Below are positions 39,110 through 51,888 of a DNA stretch of 64,000 nt, one piece after another. The notes under the pieces are model-generated. The model did no database searches and had not been told where the DNA came from. It worked only from the letters and a program-made list of their open reading frames with translations. Origin of the DNA: Psammoneis japonica (taxonomy: Eukaryota); contig QPGO01000179.1 in the NCBI GenBank assembly GCA_008632985.1, positions 1-64,000 of the forward strand. The letters run 5' to 3'. Position 1 is the first letter of the stretch. Every line of letters begins with the position of its first letter. A program made the position numbers and the translations under genes.

Positions 39110-40126
39110 TGAAAGCTTGGAATGGGCAGCAGCCAGGAAGGGCTGTGTAAATTCCAGGACTGAATTGAATTGAGCTGTTGTCTTGCATTCATTCCAGCAC
39201 ATTAACACCCGGGTTGCTTTGGTGTGTTGAGTCTTGCTGCACTCAAGTTGAGTCAATCAAAACGCTCTGCCCACACCAGGTGAAAAATTGCCCTGCATGG
39301 CAGCTCATCAAACAGTGTGGGCAAAGCTGCATGATGACGACATTCAAGCAAATGGTCACTCTCCAAACAAATCTCCCTTGTGCAGCTTGTGACTTTGTGA
39401 GCTGTGCAAGGGAAGTTCACAAGCAACACAACGTGACCTTTCACAGCTCACCCTTGTGCAGCTTGCACTTGTGACTTTCCAAGCTGCATGAGGAAAGTTC
39501 ACAAGCTGGGCGATGCAACTTTTTGTTGCTCACCCTTGTGCAGCTTGCAACTCTGTGAGCTGCGTGAAGGAAGTTTGCAAGCTGCATGATGCTGCTTTTC
39601 ATTGCTCACCCTCACGCAGCTCACAACTTTGTGAGCTGCACAAAGCATTGTTTCATGTGCCACATGGCAACATTCTTTCAACTGCTTGACATGAGTCATT
39701 TTTCACAATGGCGAATTTGCACGCACAACTCCCAGACATTGCTTGCTCAAAACAACACAATGAAGCAGACCACATGACAGCAGCAACAGCAGATGCTGGG
39801 TTGTGCCACCAAACCTTTTCCCACAAAAACACCAACACATTGCATTCCACATTTTGCTCTGGCAAGCATGTCCATGAAAAGATGCATGTGTGCTTGACCC
39901 TGTTCATGGTTGTGGATTGAATGGCATGCCATGCATTGTTGAAAGCTTGAAATGGGCAGCAATTGGGAAGGGCTGTGTAAACTCCAGGATTGAATAGAAT
40001 TGAGTTGTTGTCATGCATCAGTTCCAACACTTTAACATCCGGGTTGCTTTGGTGTGTTGACTCTTGCTGCGCTTGAGTCAAGTCAATCAAAATGCTTTGC
40101 CCACACCAGGTGAAAAATTGCTGCAT
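39110..40126. repeat. ~190-bp direct repeat (39110-39298 and 39940-40126) enclosing ~4 short CCCTTGTGCAGCTTG-type repeats
   Basis: TGAAAGCTTG.AATGGGCAGC...CCCACACCAGGTGAAAAATTGC occurs twice. Confidence 0.85.
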
Positions 40127-41887
40127 GCACTCTTTTTCCATTCTTGCACACAACACACGCAAGTGAAACCCGGAGCATCAGGGATTGTCTGCCATGGCAG
40201 TTGAGGTGGTGGCACTGTGATGTGGCACATCAGAGGGAAACTCTGCAACCACAGAAATGGTCTCACTCTTGCTGCAGTTGCAGTTGTGACAGGCCCAGAA
40301 GCACCTTGTTGGTTGCACTTGCGTTGTCACACCAAGACTGCTGTGAGCAGCTGAGCCTGTCCAGCTGCTGGATTTGCTTGCTTTGTCAGAGCCAAGCTGT
40401 TGCTCACGTGTTCAGTTTGACAAAAAAACAACAAACAACTGTGAAGAGACAATCGCGCCATGATGGCAGGGTCATGACGACAAATGCCAGTTGATTGAAG
40501 GGTGCGCAATGATTGTTGTCACCTGGCATCAGCGAACATGCAAGCAGTGAGGAGACATGGCAAATCTCCATGCCTCCAATGGCCATGTGTTGTCATCAGC
40601 ACAAAATTGAGACATCATCTCATCATGTGATCTCTCACACAACTCTGTTTTTCCACTGGCCCAGGCACCACCATGGCGGCTGCTCCTCTGGATCCAATCA
40701 AGACAGCTCTTGAATGGATCAGATTTGTTGATCCAGCTCAATGAGTCTTGCTTGTGGCAGATTTTGCATCTTTCAATGATTTGGAAGACCTTGAAGAACA
40801 AGGTGTTGACTCTTTTGCATCATCATGTGCTGGAAGCACAGTTGCTGAAGGGTGCATTCTCACTTGGTTTGGCCTGCAGTCACCAACTCAAGGCTCTCAT
40901 CCATTGGGCTCAGGACTTTGGTCACATGAGTGAAGATCCTGCCCTTGATGGGCTTGATCAGGCAACTCTTTGTGCTGCACTGTAGACGGCACTCAGTCGT
41001 GCTGAGAGCTGCCACCAGACTGAGGCCACTGCTGAATCTTCTGGCAAAAAGGCATCACCTGGGATGTTGGAGAGCAAGAAGGATTGGGTTGAACGGTGCG
41101 CTGGTTTGACAACCTTGCTTGGCATCATGCTGGGAGTCTCTGGCATGCCGTTGGTGCATTGCACTCGTCCCAATGATGAGCCTGAACCTGAAGGTCACAA
41201 CACTTTTGTCCAGAATTGCACTGCACGTGCACCTCTTGAAGGTTCTGTTTTTGAAGCAGACACTCGTGCAGCTCACTTGTTGATTGAATCCCTTGCTGTG
41301 GGGGCACCAAGCAAACAGTGGTTGAAAAACCACAAGGATGAGCAGAACGGATGAGTGGACTTCAGAGCATGGTGCAACCACTGCCAGGTAGAAGGAAACA
41401 CATTCCATTGCATCTCTAAAGCCAAGCACACTCTCCACTGCAGGAGCAAGCGCACTGTGCCTTTTGAGTCATTCATTGACAAACTTCAAGAAATGTTTGG
41501 TGTCTTTGAAGAGAATGATGAGCCAAAGACAGAGGCCCAGAAATTGTGCAAGCTGCAGTTGAACCCTTGAAGGCACACAACAAGTTTGGAGGAGGAATCA
41601 CATTTGCTGTGGTGGCTGACCATCTTGCTGCAAAGGTTGCCACTCTTCCAGAGATGATTGCACACTGTCATGCCATGGCCACAGTTGCCTCTGGAGGAGG
41701 AAGAGAGGGTGGCACCATCTGCAACAACAAAGGATTCATTGGCGCTGGATGCCACAAGGATTGGCGCCAGTTGAGCAAGGAGGACAAACAGTCTGGGTGT
41801 TGCCAAACAACCCAGAAACCCCAAACGCCACACTGCATCTGTCAAGTTGCTCATGAAGAAGAATCAGAAGCTGTTGTTGCAGCTTGA

Positions 41888-42392
41888 GGCTGGATTGTTG
41901 TTTTCCCCCCCTTTTTTTTAAATGGCTTGCAATTTTTGAATTTTTCCACACTTTGCCTGCGTTGCTCAGCGATGCCTCTGAGCACCCCCAAACACACATG
42001 AGTGTGTCCAACCCCCATCAGGGCTGTCAGACCTCTGTGTGAACTGTGCACACTGACCTTCAAATGTCAATTGTCACATTTGTCACATGGAAAAACCGCC
42101 ATTTTCTGAAAAGGTTGGGCTGTTTGTGTTGCAGACAAGCCACAGCTTTCCAGGAAATGCCAACAATTGGCTTTTGACTGGCCATGGACACATTTGCAGT
42201 CATTGAGCTGCACATCGTGCATGGTTGCAACCATCACATGTGAGCCCCATGATGTCCCACAAACAGACAAACTTCAGCCTGTTGATGAATTGTTTTTTGG
42301 CAAATGTGCACATTGTCAAAGTGACAAATCTGGTTTGTTTTTAAACAACCACAAGCTCTAAACAAAATCAACCACAAAATGACAATCCATCC
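41888..42392. mobile_element. 505-bp TIR element at a former TTAA site (GG...CC ends, Kolobok-like)
   Basis: GGCTGGATTGTTGTTTT / AAAATGACAATCCATCC flanked by TTGA and TCAA. Confidence 0.7.
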
Positions 42393-42396
42393 TCAA

Positions 42397-42893
42397 CCCT
42401 TCAACCACCGGACGTGAGCAAATCTCAGCGGGTGGAGATTTGCTTGTTTGTGTCATAAATGTGACAAATGTGGCATTTCCAGATGTGAACAACAAATGAT
42501 CCGCGTGAATTTGTTTTGGAGCACGCATTTGCTGAAAGCTCTGGGGGGGACCATTTTTGCAACCAAGAAGTTCAATGTTGACTTTTGACACAGGGTTTTT
42601 TGCATGCTTCATCCATGTGCAGAGAGGAGCCATTCTCAACCTTTGACAATGAAATTTGCAATGTGTCGCCATCACAATGGAGTGGCAAATGCCACACTCT
42701 TGGAGCAAATCTCTGCCGGTGGAGATTTGCTTGCAATGAGCAAATGCCTGTGGTGCGTTTTACGCAGATTGCACATGATGTGACATTTTCATGACATGTG
42801 CACTGCATTGTCATTCAAATGCATGACACATCACAATTCCTTGAGCAGAGCAAATCTCCACCCATGGAGATTTGCTCTGTGGTGGTTGAAGGG
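42397..42893. mobile_element. 497-bp piggyBac-like MITE (CCC...GGG ends, former TTAA TSD) with three GAGCAAATCTC..GAGATTTGCT hairpins
   Basis: CCCTTCAACCACC / GGTGGTTGAAGGG flanked by TCAA and TTGA. Confidence 0.8.
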
Positions 42894-45800
42894 TTGAAGA
42901 AGTGAGCTGCAAAATCTCTGCCTTGAACGCCAGCATCAACACTGACTCTGGTGCAATGGCAGTTTGGGGCATGACGCTCAAGATGGGCACAATGTTGGGG
43001 ATGCATTTGGTGGTCACAGTGGAAGGTGCAAGGGAAAGTGGAGTTGACTGCCAAGCTGGATCCTGCTCAGCAGCATCTTGGACCTCATTCTGTGGTTGCC
43101 ACATTGGGCGGGAGACAGCCATGTCAATCAGAGAAACAAAATCCATGCGGTTGTTGCCTTGACATGATGCATCTCAGCAGTGCCATCTGACACACAAGTC
43201 ACCCACACATGAAATGGATTTGCATGCTGACGCCACAGTTTTTGGTCAAAACTTTACCCTCTCAGGTTGTTCTGGACAAGAATGCAATGTGTCGCCTTTC
43301 AATGAGGGGTGCAATTCCATCAAGAGTGTCCTGACAGTTTTAGCGGCCACAGTGTGGATGTCACCAACATTGGGAGCAATGCTCACTCTGGTCCTCAACC
43401 AGGGCTTGTTGATGCCTGATTCCATGGAGAACTTGTTGGTTGACCCAAACCAGCTGCGGCACTTTGGCATCAAGGTTCAGGAAAATCCCTGCTCTGACTT
43501 GCCACTGCACATCATCCTTGCAGAGGACAAGTCATTCATGATGCCACTTGAAGCCACGGGGACCAACATTGTTGCGTTGCGGCAACCCACACTCCCACAG
43601 AGCAGGGCACTGGCACGAATGACTTAAGATCCAGATGACCTCCCAACAACCTTGGAATCCACAGACCATGAAGCTCAAGTGTGTCAATGTGGAAGCAGAG
43701 TCGGAAATCCAGATCTCCACATTGGAAGCCCAGATCTCTGCCATGGAGGCAATCAGTGAAGGACAAGAAAGACTCAGTGCTCCAAAAGACTTTCATGCCT
43801 GAGGAGAGGCATGGCAATTTGTTGGCCGCTGACCACTGACTCAAGCAAACAACGGTGCATCAGGCTCAAGCAAATGGCAAACACGCTCAAGAAGACCACA
43901 CAAAGACTCGTCAGATCAGCACCAACGCTGGAGGTGGCTGATTGGGGATGTCTCAACATGGAAGTTGCACGTCCATCAAGAGATGACAATGGCCCTGAGT
44001 TTGCTTTTGTGTCACAAAGAGGTTGAGAGATGCCAATGACAATCCCATCCTTGACACAAGGGTGCGCGAGGCAGAGCACGCTGACGGGCATTGCACTGTG
44101 CTCTCAGCTGACTCCATTGCTGTGAGAGTGTTTGCACAGATTGTCAAGGTTGGGAGTCGGCACCTCCCATTTGATGAGATGGCAGATTGCTGTGCAAATG
44201 GGGACATTCCAGAATCTGTGTTCTTCAAGACTGAGCTGGGCATTGGGAAGATGCGCAAGTCCGCCAAAAGGATGGGAGCTTGTGCTCCAATGGAAGGATA
44301 GAAGCACAACATGGGTCAACTTGAAGGACGCCAAAGACAGTTTTCCTGTGCAAGTTGCCAAGTTTGCCATTCAATGCAGGATCTTAAAGAAGGTGGCATT
44401 TGCTTGGTGGGTCCTCATGTTGTGAGAACTTGCAAGCATTCCATTGCAAAGGTCAAGTCAAAGTGCTGGCTTCCAACACATGAGTTTGGCACTTGGATTC
44501 TGAAGAGCATCAAGGAGGCAATTCAGATCAATTGTGCAAATGGCAACACCCTCTGGCAGGATGCCCGCTTGCATGGAGATGAAGAATGTGTGGGTTGCTT
44601 TTGAAAAGTGTGAAGGGGAGCTTGATGACATGGTGCCTGGGTTCCTGGAAGTGAAGTGCTGTGTGACTGCTGCACACACACCCCCCCCCCCTGCACACAT
44701 CACCTGCTCTTCTGTTGTCTCTCCACATTTGGCCAGAAATTCGCTCATGCTTGCAGCGCTCAATGACTTGCAAGTTTTTGCACGCTGCATCCAGAAAGCA
44801 TGCCTTGCTGCCCGTTGCAGGGAGAAGATTTGGACTCATGCAGGATCTGAACTTGGTGAGGATGAAGGCTGCATCATGATTGTGGTCAGGGCTCTGTGTG
44901 GATTTGAGAGTTCTGGAGCAGTGTTCAGAGCATTTCAAGTGGAGACGCTTTGTGAGCTGGGGCACAAACCAAGCAAGGCCGATCCGGATGCATGGATGAG
45001 ACCTGTGGTGAAAATGGATGGATTCAAGCACTGCAAGTGCACCCCAGTTTATGTTGATGGCATGCTGTTGATTGGTCATGAACCCACAAAGATGATGAAT
45101 GGCATCAGGTCCAACTTCAAGCTCAAGGGTGACAAGGCAGCTGAGTCAGATTTTCATCTTGATGCCGCACTTTGCAAGATGATTTTTTGCCAGTGGGGCT
45201 GCATGTTGGGCCATGTCTGCAGAGAACTGCTGCAAGGCCGCTGTTCAGAATGTCAAGGATGGACTTGGCAAGGAAGGGAAAGGTCTGCCTGGCAAGGCAA
45301 CAACACCGCTGAGCAGCGGGCACAAACCCAAGTTGGACATGACTGGCAAATGAGATGCCAAAGGACTGATCCACTGCCAAGAGTTGACTGGCATGTTGGT
45401 TTGGGCTGCAGAACTTGGCAGAGCTGACATGCATTTGGAAGCTTCATTGATGTCTGCTCACCTTGCACTGCCTTGCATTGGCCACCTGGAACAGGTGCTG
45501 TGCATCTTTGTGCATCTCAAACAGGTTCCAAAGCACCAAATTGCATTTGACCTGGCTCATCCTGAGACAGATGAGTTGCAATTTGTGAAGTGCGACATTG
45601 ACGCAACTTTCACTGGCAGCCATCCCAACCAATGTGCTGCCTGCTCAAGGCAACACAGTGTTGACACATTGTTTTGTGGATGACAGCCATGCTGGCAATG
45701 TTGCTGATCATTGCAGCCATGCAGGCATCTTGACATTTGTCAATCAGGCACCTTTCATGTGCTGGCACTTGAAGCGTCAGAATGCTGTGGAGGCCAGCAC

Positions 45801-47209
45801 ATTTGGAGCTGAGATTGTCATGCTCAAGAATGCTGTTGAGATCACAGAGGGTTTGTGATGCAAGCTTCAAATGTTTGGTGCACCAATCAAAGGGCCAACC
45901 AATGTCTTTTGTGACAACAAGGCCATCTGCAAGAACTGCTCCATTGCTGAGTCTACACTCAAGAAGACACATCATTCCATGGCCATTGGGATTGTGAAGG
46001 AAGGAACAGAGACAAACCTGAGCAATCAGTTCACAAAGATTGTGTCATCCATCAGACGGAATTTTCTGTTGGACAAGTCCATGCATTGAGTTTGGTGTGT
46101 GGAGCAGTGGTGATTTTCTTCCCCAGCAAGGGTTTGCACCATGCTCAAAGATTGTGGTTGGTGATTTTGTCCCCAGCGAGGGTTTGCACATGCTCAGAGA
46201 TTGCAGTTGTTGTTTGGGAGATGCTGGGTCAGCACCAGGATGAATTGTCCCTGCCAAGTCTGCCAGGAACACTTCAAGGGGACCAAGTGAGCTCTGGAGC
46301 ATCAGGGATTGTCTCCTGTGCTTTGGTGCTCTTGTTGCAATTGTGGTTGCAACAGGCCTGGAAGCATCTTGTTGGTCACATTTGCGTTGTGGCACCAAGA
46401 CTGTGAGTGGCTGAGCCCATCTGGCAGCTGGATTCACTTGTGCAATGCCATGCAGTGGGCATGCAGTCTTGCAGCCAGCTGGTCTACAACCACCCTTGAC
46501 GAGAATGTTCAACCAAAACACTTTGACAATGTTTTCCCACTCACACAAATGTCAATCCAAACACATGTGCTTTTCCATCATTGGATGTTTTTTGACTTGT
46601 TTCTGTTGCTTTGGCAATGGTCATTGCCACAGAACACTCTACACAGAATCTGAGAGTTTGTGGCAGTCAGCAGCTCCAGGAGAGATGGAGAGAGAGAGCA
46701 AAAGAGAAGAGCAAAGGAGAGAGGAACAGCTTTGGCCTGTGACAAAAAGCCCCCCCCCCCCCCCCCCCCCACCTGCAACATTGACGTTGTGGAAAACATT
46801 GCTTGTGCATTTGAGCCTCCTTTGAATTTGTTGAGACAGCCTGTCAGAGCCAATGGGGGCTGGCATCCTGGCCAGGCAAAAGTTGGCAACTGCAACAAAA
46901 GGTGGTGCCCAAAGCTGCAAACCCAAATCTGAGTTGCTGCAAGGTCTCACACCTGCTCTTGAAAGGCAGAACAGCTGTGCTTGAGTGTTTTGCTTTTTCC
47001 AATGATTGCAAGCACCAGCCCTTTTGACTGCAGGATGATGCTGTGGTTGTCTTGTTTGAAATGCAGGTTGGCGCAATTGTGCGGTGCAAACACAGGCCAG
47101 CTGCGCTCACTTTTGCATTCAGAGAGACCCTGCAGCACCAAGACAACAGCTTTTTTCCCCCCTGCAGCTGTGTGACAGAAGTCATTGCACAACTTTGGGT
47201 GGGGATCCC

Positions 47210-47387
47210 AGCTGCTGTTGTGCAGTTTGACATGGCAAGAGGCACAGTTGCACCACAAACTTGGTCGTTCATTTTTGATGTTGAAGCCAAATGTGTCTGT
47301 TGATTAAATTCTTGTGCTGTGGAGTGCACACATGGAATTCTGTGGGCCCAATGTCGCACGGAGTCCCACCTGGGACTGGAGCCCATC
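47210..47387 (-). mobile_element. truncated MITE (family X)
   Basis: GTCCCACCTGGGACTGGAGCCCATC end plus the adjacent interior shared with other copies. Confidence 0.7.
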
Positions 47388-48699
47388 CAGCAGTGCACAT
47401 GAGAGCATTCGAGTTCCACACTTGCTGTTGGATGTCTTGTCATTTGTGCCACTGCTTTGGACCAATGGCACAGCATGTGCTGGTGATTTGGAGATTTCAG
47501 GTTGCACGCCACTCTCCACCATGCTCAGATTCAGCATTCTTTGTTTTGAAGAAGGCCTGGCAAAAGAAAACTGGGAAGAAGCCACACAGCCACAGAAGGG
47601 GCTGCACACACAAAGCTGATTGATTCTCGGACGATGTTGCACTCTCGTCAAGGAATCATGTGTGTCAACTGAAATGGCCAGTGCTTTGCACAGGGCCAAG
47701 ACTGCATGCCATGTGCTGTGTGCCATGCCCACTCCATCAAGAGTGTCATCAGCGATTCTCCCTTGTGGTGCATCCACTTTCCAAATTGATCACTCAGACT
47801 CACAAAGTGTGTGTCGTCAACTTCCATGTGCGTCTTGTCTCAACCCCCAACATCGCCCCATTGTTGTGGCTGCTGAACCAAATTTTGTTGTGCCTCAAGC
47901 ACCCACGAAACATTGCAAAACACACATTGAAATTTTGCTCAAGAAACTTGATGAGTGGCTCAATGTGGCAGCCAGGAGGTCGGGTGAGACGGTGCTGAGA
48001 CAGAGCTGGAAATGAGCATGAAATCAAGTCAAGCTGGCTGTCGTGTGCCAGAGCATTGAATGCATCAAGCATGAAGCTCATTGGTCTTCCACTCAACTCA
48101 CAACATGTGTCTGCACTGTTGCCCGGCTCATCAAAGCACCCGATGATCTCGGTCAGGTTCAGACCTTTTCCGCACCTTGTTCAAACTCATCTTTGCACAC
48201 CGGATCACGGCCATGAAAGCATTGAACGTAAACAAATTAGGAAGAACAGGGTCCAACAAACACTCGTTGGTGTTGAGGCATTCATTGTGAGCTGAGACTA
48301 ACAGCGTGAAGCGTGAGCGACCGATCTTTTTTTTTCGTTGCTCGCTCGTGTTAATTGTCTCGCGCGCAGTCAGCATCCTGTGAGTTCGCTTGGCGGTTTT
48401 TTGGGTGCGAAAGACAGAAGAAAGTTTTTTTTGCTTCCAGCCACGTGGCTTGTCTCTCGTCCACAAGTGATTTTGAAATTCGTGAATTTGCTTCCAAGAA
48501 AATGACGATGAGCATGTTCAATAACATAACGTTCTACCGCTACCGGTACAAAGCAGCAGCGCGCAGTACGACAAGAGAGGGTAACATCCGTTTCCAGATT
48601 CGAGAAGTGACTTTACTGCACCTAAGGCTTTTGTCGCCCGTGAATGACAGAGTCCAGCACAAGGCTTCACGTGTTGCGTGTTGCCGATTCGCGATTCGA

Positions 48700-49275
48700 C
48701 GAATGGGATAGACCATGGCTCTTTTGATGCACAAACTCGATGTTTTGGAGAATCGCTCTCCGTGAACGATACTGTACAGCTTTGTGCCGATCCTTGAAGG
48801 TCGCGGTGGTCATTGTACCCAGTTATGGCGCTAAGCACAACTCCTTGAATGAGCTCTTTAGAGGAGCGCGTGTCTCCTATATTTTCACGGAGGCGTTTTC
48901 GTCTTCCTTGAATTCTGTCGGCGCCTTCGATGGACTGAGCGACGAGGAGATTCGCACCACGATTTGCAATGCCAACGGAATGAGACCTGCTCTCTTTGTC
49001 CCTGACATTAGTTTCGACATTCTAGTCAAGCGCCAAACTGGTTGTATCTAATCTCTTGGAACGATGCGTGGGACCAACTCAAATGATGGTTTCTAATCTT
49101 GTCAAGAGTGAACTTGCTGTGAGTGTGCCACACGGTGTGCGATTCCTGTCGTTGCATAGAACGCGTGTCGCGATTTTTTAATATGTTTTGCCTTGTGGGT
49201 TTCTAGTATATTAGCACCAGTCACCATGATTTCATTGGAGGATCCCGGGCTGTCGCACGTCTTATTGAAAAAGAT
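48700..49275 (+). pseudogene. dynamin-related protein middle-domain fragment with deletion and intron
   Basis: EL.RGARVSYIF...FDGLSDEEIRTTICNANGMRPALFVP.ISFDILVKRQ; MVSNLV..ELA / YISTSH.DFIGG. Confidence 0.85.
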
Positions 49276-49293
49276 TGGATGTTTGTGTCTTAA

Positions 49294-49485
49294 GTGCCGG
49301 TTTTGCCGTTTGATGGCTCCATTATCCTACTAGTTCCATTTCAGGAAGCCGTCCATGGAGAGGAAGCGCGTTCCAAGTTTCCCGGTGTTTATAGGAGAGT
49401 TATTCTTTGCGTCATTGCCTTTGAAGCCTTCTTCGGCATGGTGTGCTGGCCGGGTTTTGGAGATTCCGTTCGAGCTGTCCTGACA
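49294..49485 (+). pseudogene. amino-acid transporter (Aa_trans/SLC36-like) fragment
   Basis: FDGSIILLVPFQEAV...KFP.VY...FG.VCW.GFGD.V resembles FEG..L..P.......F..V...G...Y..FG. Confidence 0.6.
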
Positions 49486-50994
49486 GACAAGAGCCCCGAG
49501 CCATCAAGGCTTGGTTTTAGGGGTATTTCCATTTGGGACAAGATTATCAAGATTCCATTACATTACCCACCATTGACCAATCCGAGGGGCGGCCCTATCC
49601 AAACGGAGGAAGTTGCGTCTTTGCACAAACGTCCGTTTGCGAGCAGACATGTCGAGAGATGGGCGACAACAATCGCGGTTGTTACGAGGGAACAAGAGGG
49701 TTTTTTAGATTTATGCCGTGGACCGTAAACTGGGAGGCAAAGTGCGACGCGACCGTCACCCACAAGGATTCGGGACACGAGGTTGGTATTTATGCCCATG
49801 ACGACGAGGCGTACGATCATGATATCTATTTCAAAGTGCACCAGTGCACGGAAAGATAAATCCTACTCTTTCAATCCTACTCTTGCGATGCATAGACAGA
49901 TGTGGAGTGCTCCATTACAGACGTTAAACCCGTTGGAACCGAGAATTTTGTGACGATTTAAGTTATGCGAGAGTCCTGGGTATCATGAATGAGATGCTCC
50001 TCGAGTATGATAGCTTCGTCGTGGCACCGTTGGCAGTTGTCTTATACCCAAAAGAACTTTTAGGAAGAACCATTGCTTTATGGTTGTCTCTGATATTGTC
50101 GAGTGTATCAGTACGGACGACGAAGATGCAATGGAGGGTGTCGAATGTCGAGATAGATGGGAACAAGCCGGAATTGTCTTTGGTCCAGAAACAGAAAAAA
50201 TCACCGTTGTTCAACTAAATGAAGATATGGGTCGCATTGGAGAAAGATTGTCGGCAACAAGTTTGCAAGGATGAAAGAAAAGCGGATGGAGCAAGTTGAA
50301 AGTGGCTGATCTATCTGAAGCCGCCGCGACCACCCCCCCCCCCCCATGTTGTGTTTATTACTGATTCCCCCGAGTGATCCTAATACGTAAGAAAGCTAAA
50401 GCCAAAAGGACGGGCTAACTCGTTTGGTCGAGCATTTCCCACATATCAATATGCCAGTCCTCAAAAGTCAAGAGTTCTGGATAAATTCGTGCGTTTCTAA
50501 CACATACGGATGTTTTCTTCAATGCGCTTTGGAGACCAATAACAGAACTTTGACTGTTTCAAAAACTTTAAATCGAGATCGACAATCCCTGACTTGATGT
50601 GATCTAAACAGCGATTGGATCATGTGAAGATGAAAGAGTTTATGATTCCAAGGGGGAATTAAAAGCCGCTTACTTTAGCCGAGCACAAGCAAGGCGTGAA
50701 ATATGTCAAGGTCGCTTGCCGCACGGCAGTCCAACAGACAAGGACGCTTCGCATTCGAACGACGCACTTGGCAAAAGGAATCATAAACATCAACAAAGCA
50801 AAGACTCAGCAACACTCTTCACGCCGGTACCACTCCGTAAGCTAAATACATTAGGCATTGCATATCGTTGGTTATGAGATGCGGCGTACAACATGGTTTA
50901 CCTCCCGTCTTGTACTCTTCGTGGCGTTTACCACCCGGTGCACAAGTTTGAACATTTCTACCTGGACTTGCTGGAACTTCATGCTGCACCGGAC

Positions 50995-51450
50995 CTATTC
51001 GGCGCCATCGCCATTGGAGTTCTCACTCTGTCCGTGGCTCGAGCCGGCGGCAGCAGCAGCCGTCTTAAGACACTTTACAAGAGAATCCCGAGTGCCGTCG
51101 GGACTGAGTTCCGCTTCCTCAAGCTTTCTACGCATCCCAGCTACACTCATTTTTTTCGAAATCGCCCTCGTCTTGGTCAAAAGCCACGGGCTCAAATGCA
51201 GCCGCCACCAGCTCTTGGATGGATGAATCTAGCGACAGAAAAGCTTCTAATTTTCTCACTGCCTCGTCGCTGTGGGCAACAAAAAAGGCCAGCGCGGATT
51301 CCTTGAGAAGGGCGCAGTTCTTGCGTTCGGCGAATAGGATCAAGTCGATAACGCTCTCCACGGTGATGGCCGATTCCACCATCTTGGCTTCCACACGAAG
51401 CTTGAGACTAACACTGTCACACTTGTCAGCAAATTCAAGAAGCGCCATTT
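50995..51450 (-). pseudogene. BTB/POZ-BACK protein C-terminal fragment with SAP-like tail; +1 slip in an A7 run
   Basis: ADK...LKL.VEA...ITVE..IDL.LFA..KNCALLKE; MSV..MRRKL....L..DGTR..LV..L. No BTB N-terminus upstream. Confidence 0.7.
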
Positions 51451-51888
51451 AGCCTTTATCGTTCATGGTAGCAGAGCTGGGAGAGAGACGTTAGAAGCTG
51501 TGTGGCAAAACGCAATACATCAATGTCGACGTTCTGCATCAGCCGACGCTGCCTACGACATTGCTTGGGAGAAAGTACTTGAATGGAATGAAGCTGGGAA
51601 CGACTTGCGGATCGTCCATTTGGCAGTGTGGAGTTGCCATCAGGTGCTCCGAGCCACAGACGTGCAAGAGCAAACGTCGACAGAGAGGAGCAACGTCGTC
51701 GACAACGCCAACGAACGGATGACCAATAATCTCAATCGTGATGTCGACACCTTCACAAATGGGCAATTTTGCCAAATTATAAGACGGCTGTACGACGATT
51801 ATGGTGGAAACGGAACACTTGTCAGCGACACAATAACATTGAACGACTTAATCGTTAACAAGCACTTCCTCACAGTTACACACTTTAA

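Larger units (their letters stand above)
40164..46480 (+). mobile_element. Ty1/copia (CoDi-like) retrotransposon with both LTRs; integrase largely deleted; heavily TpA-mutated
   Basis: LTRs start at 40164 and 46288 (TGA...GGAGCATCAGGGATTGTCT); purine-rich AAGGGGACCAAG precedes the 3' LTR. Gag LKALIHWAQDF, protease D.HAD / PNQLRHFG, NPILDTR, QWKD.STTW, RT RALCG / ADPD.WMR / YVDG, RNase H STFG.E / FCDN. Confidence 0.9.
33700..48300. other. heavily TpA-depleted domain of nested TEs
   Basis: TA nearly absent; normal TA content resumes at ~48300-48520. Confidence 0.9.

Noticed and set aside
46750..46770. C21 homopolymer (also shorter C runs near 44682 and 50333) as a functional G-quadruplex
   Set aside because: Simple homopolymer in decayed repeat DNA, length unreliable, no supporting context.
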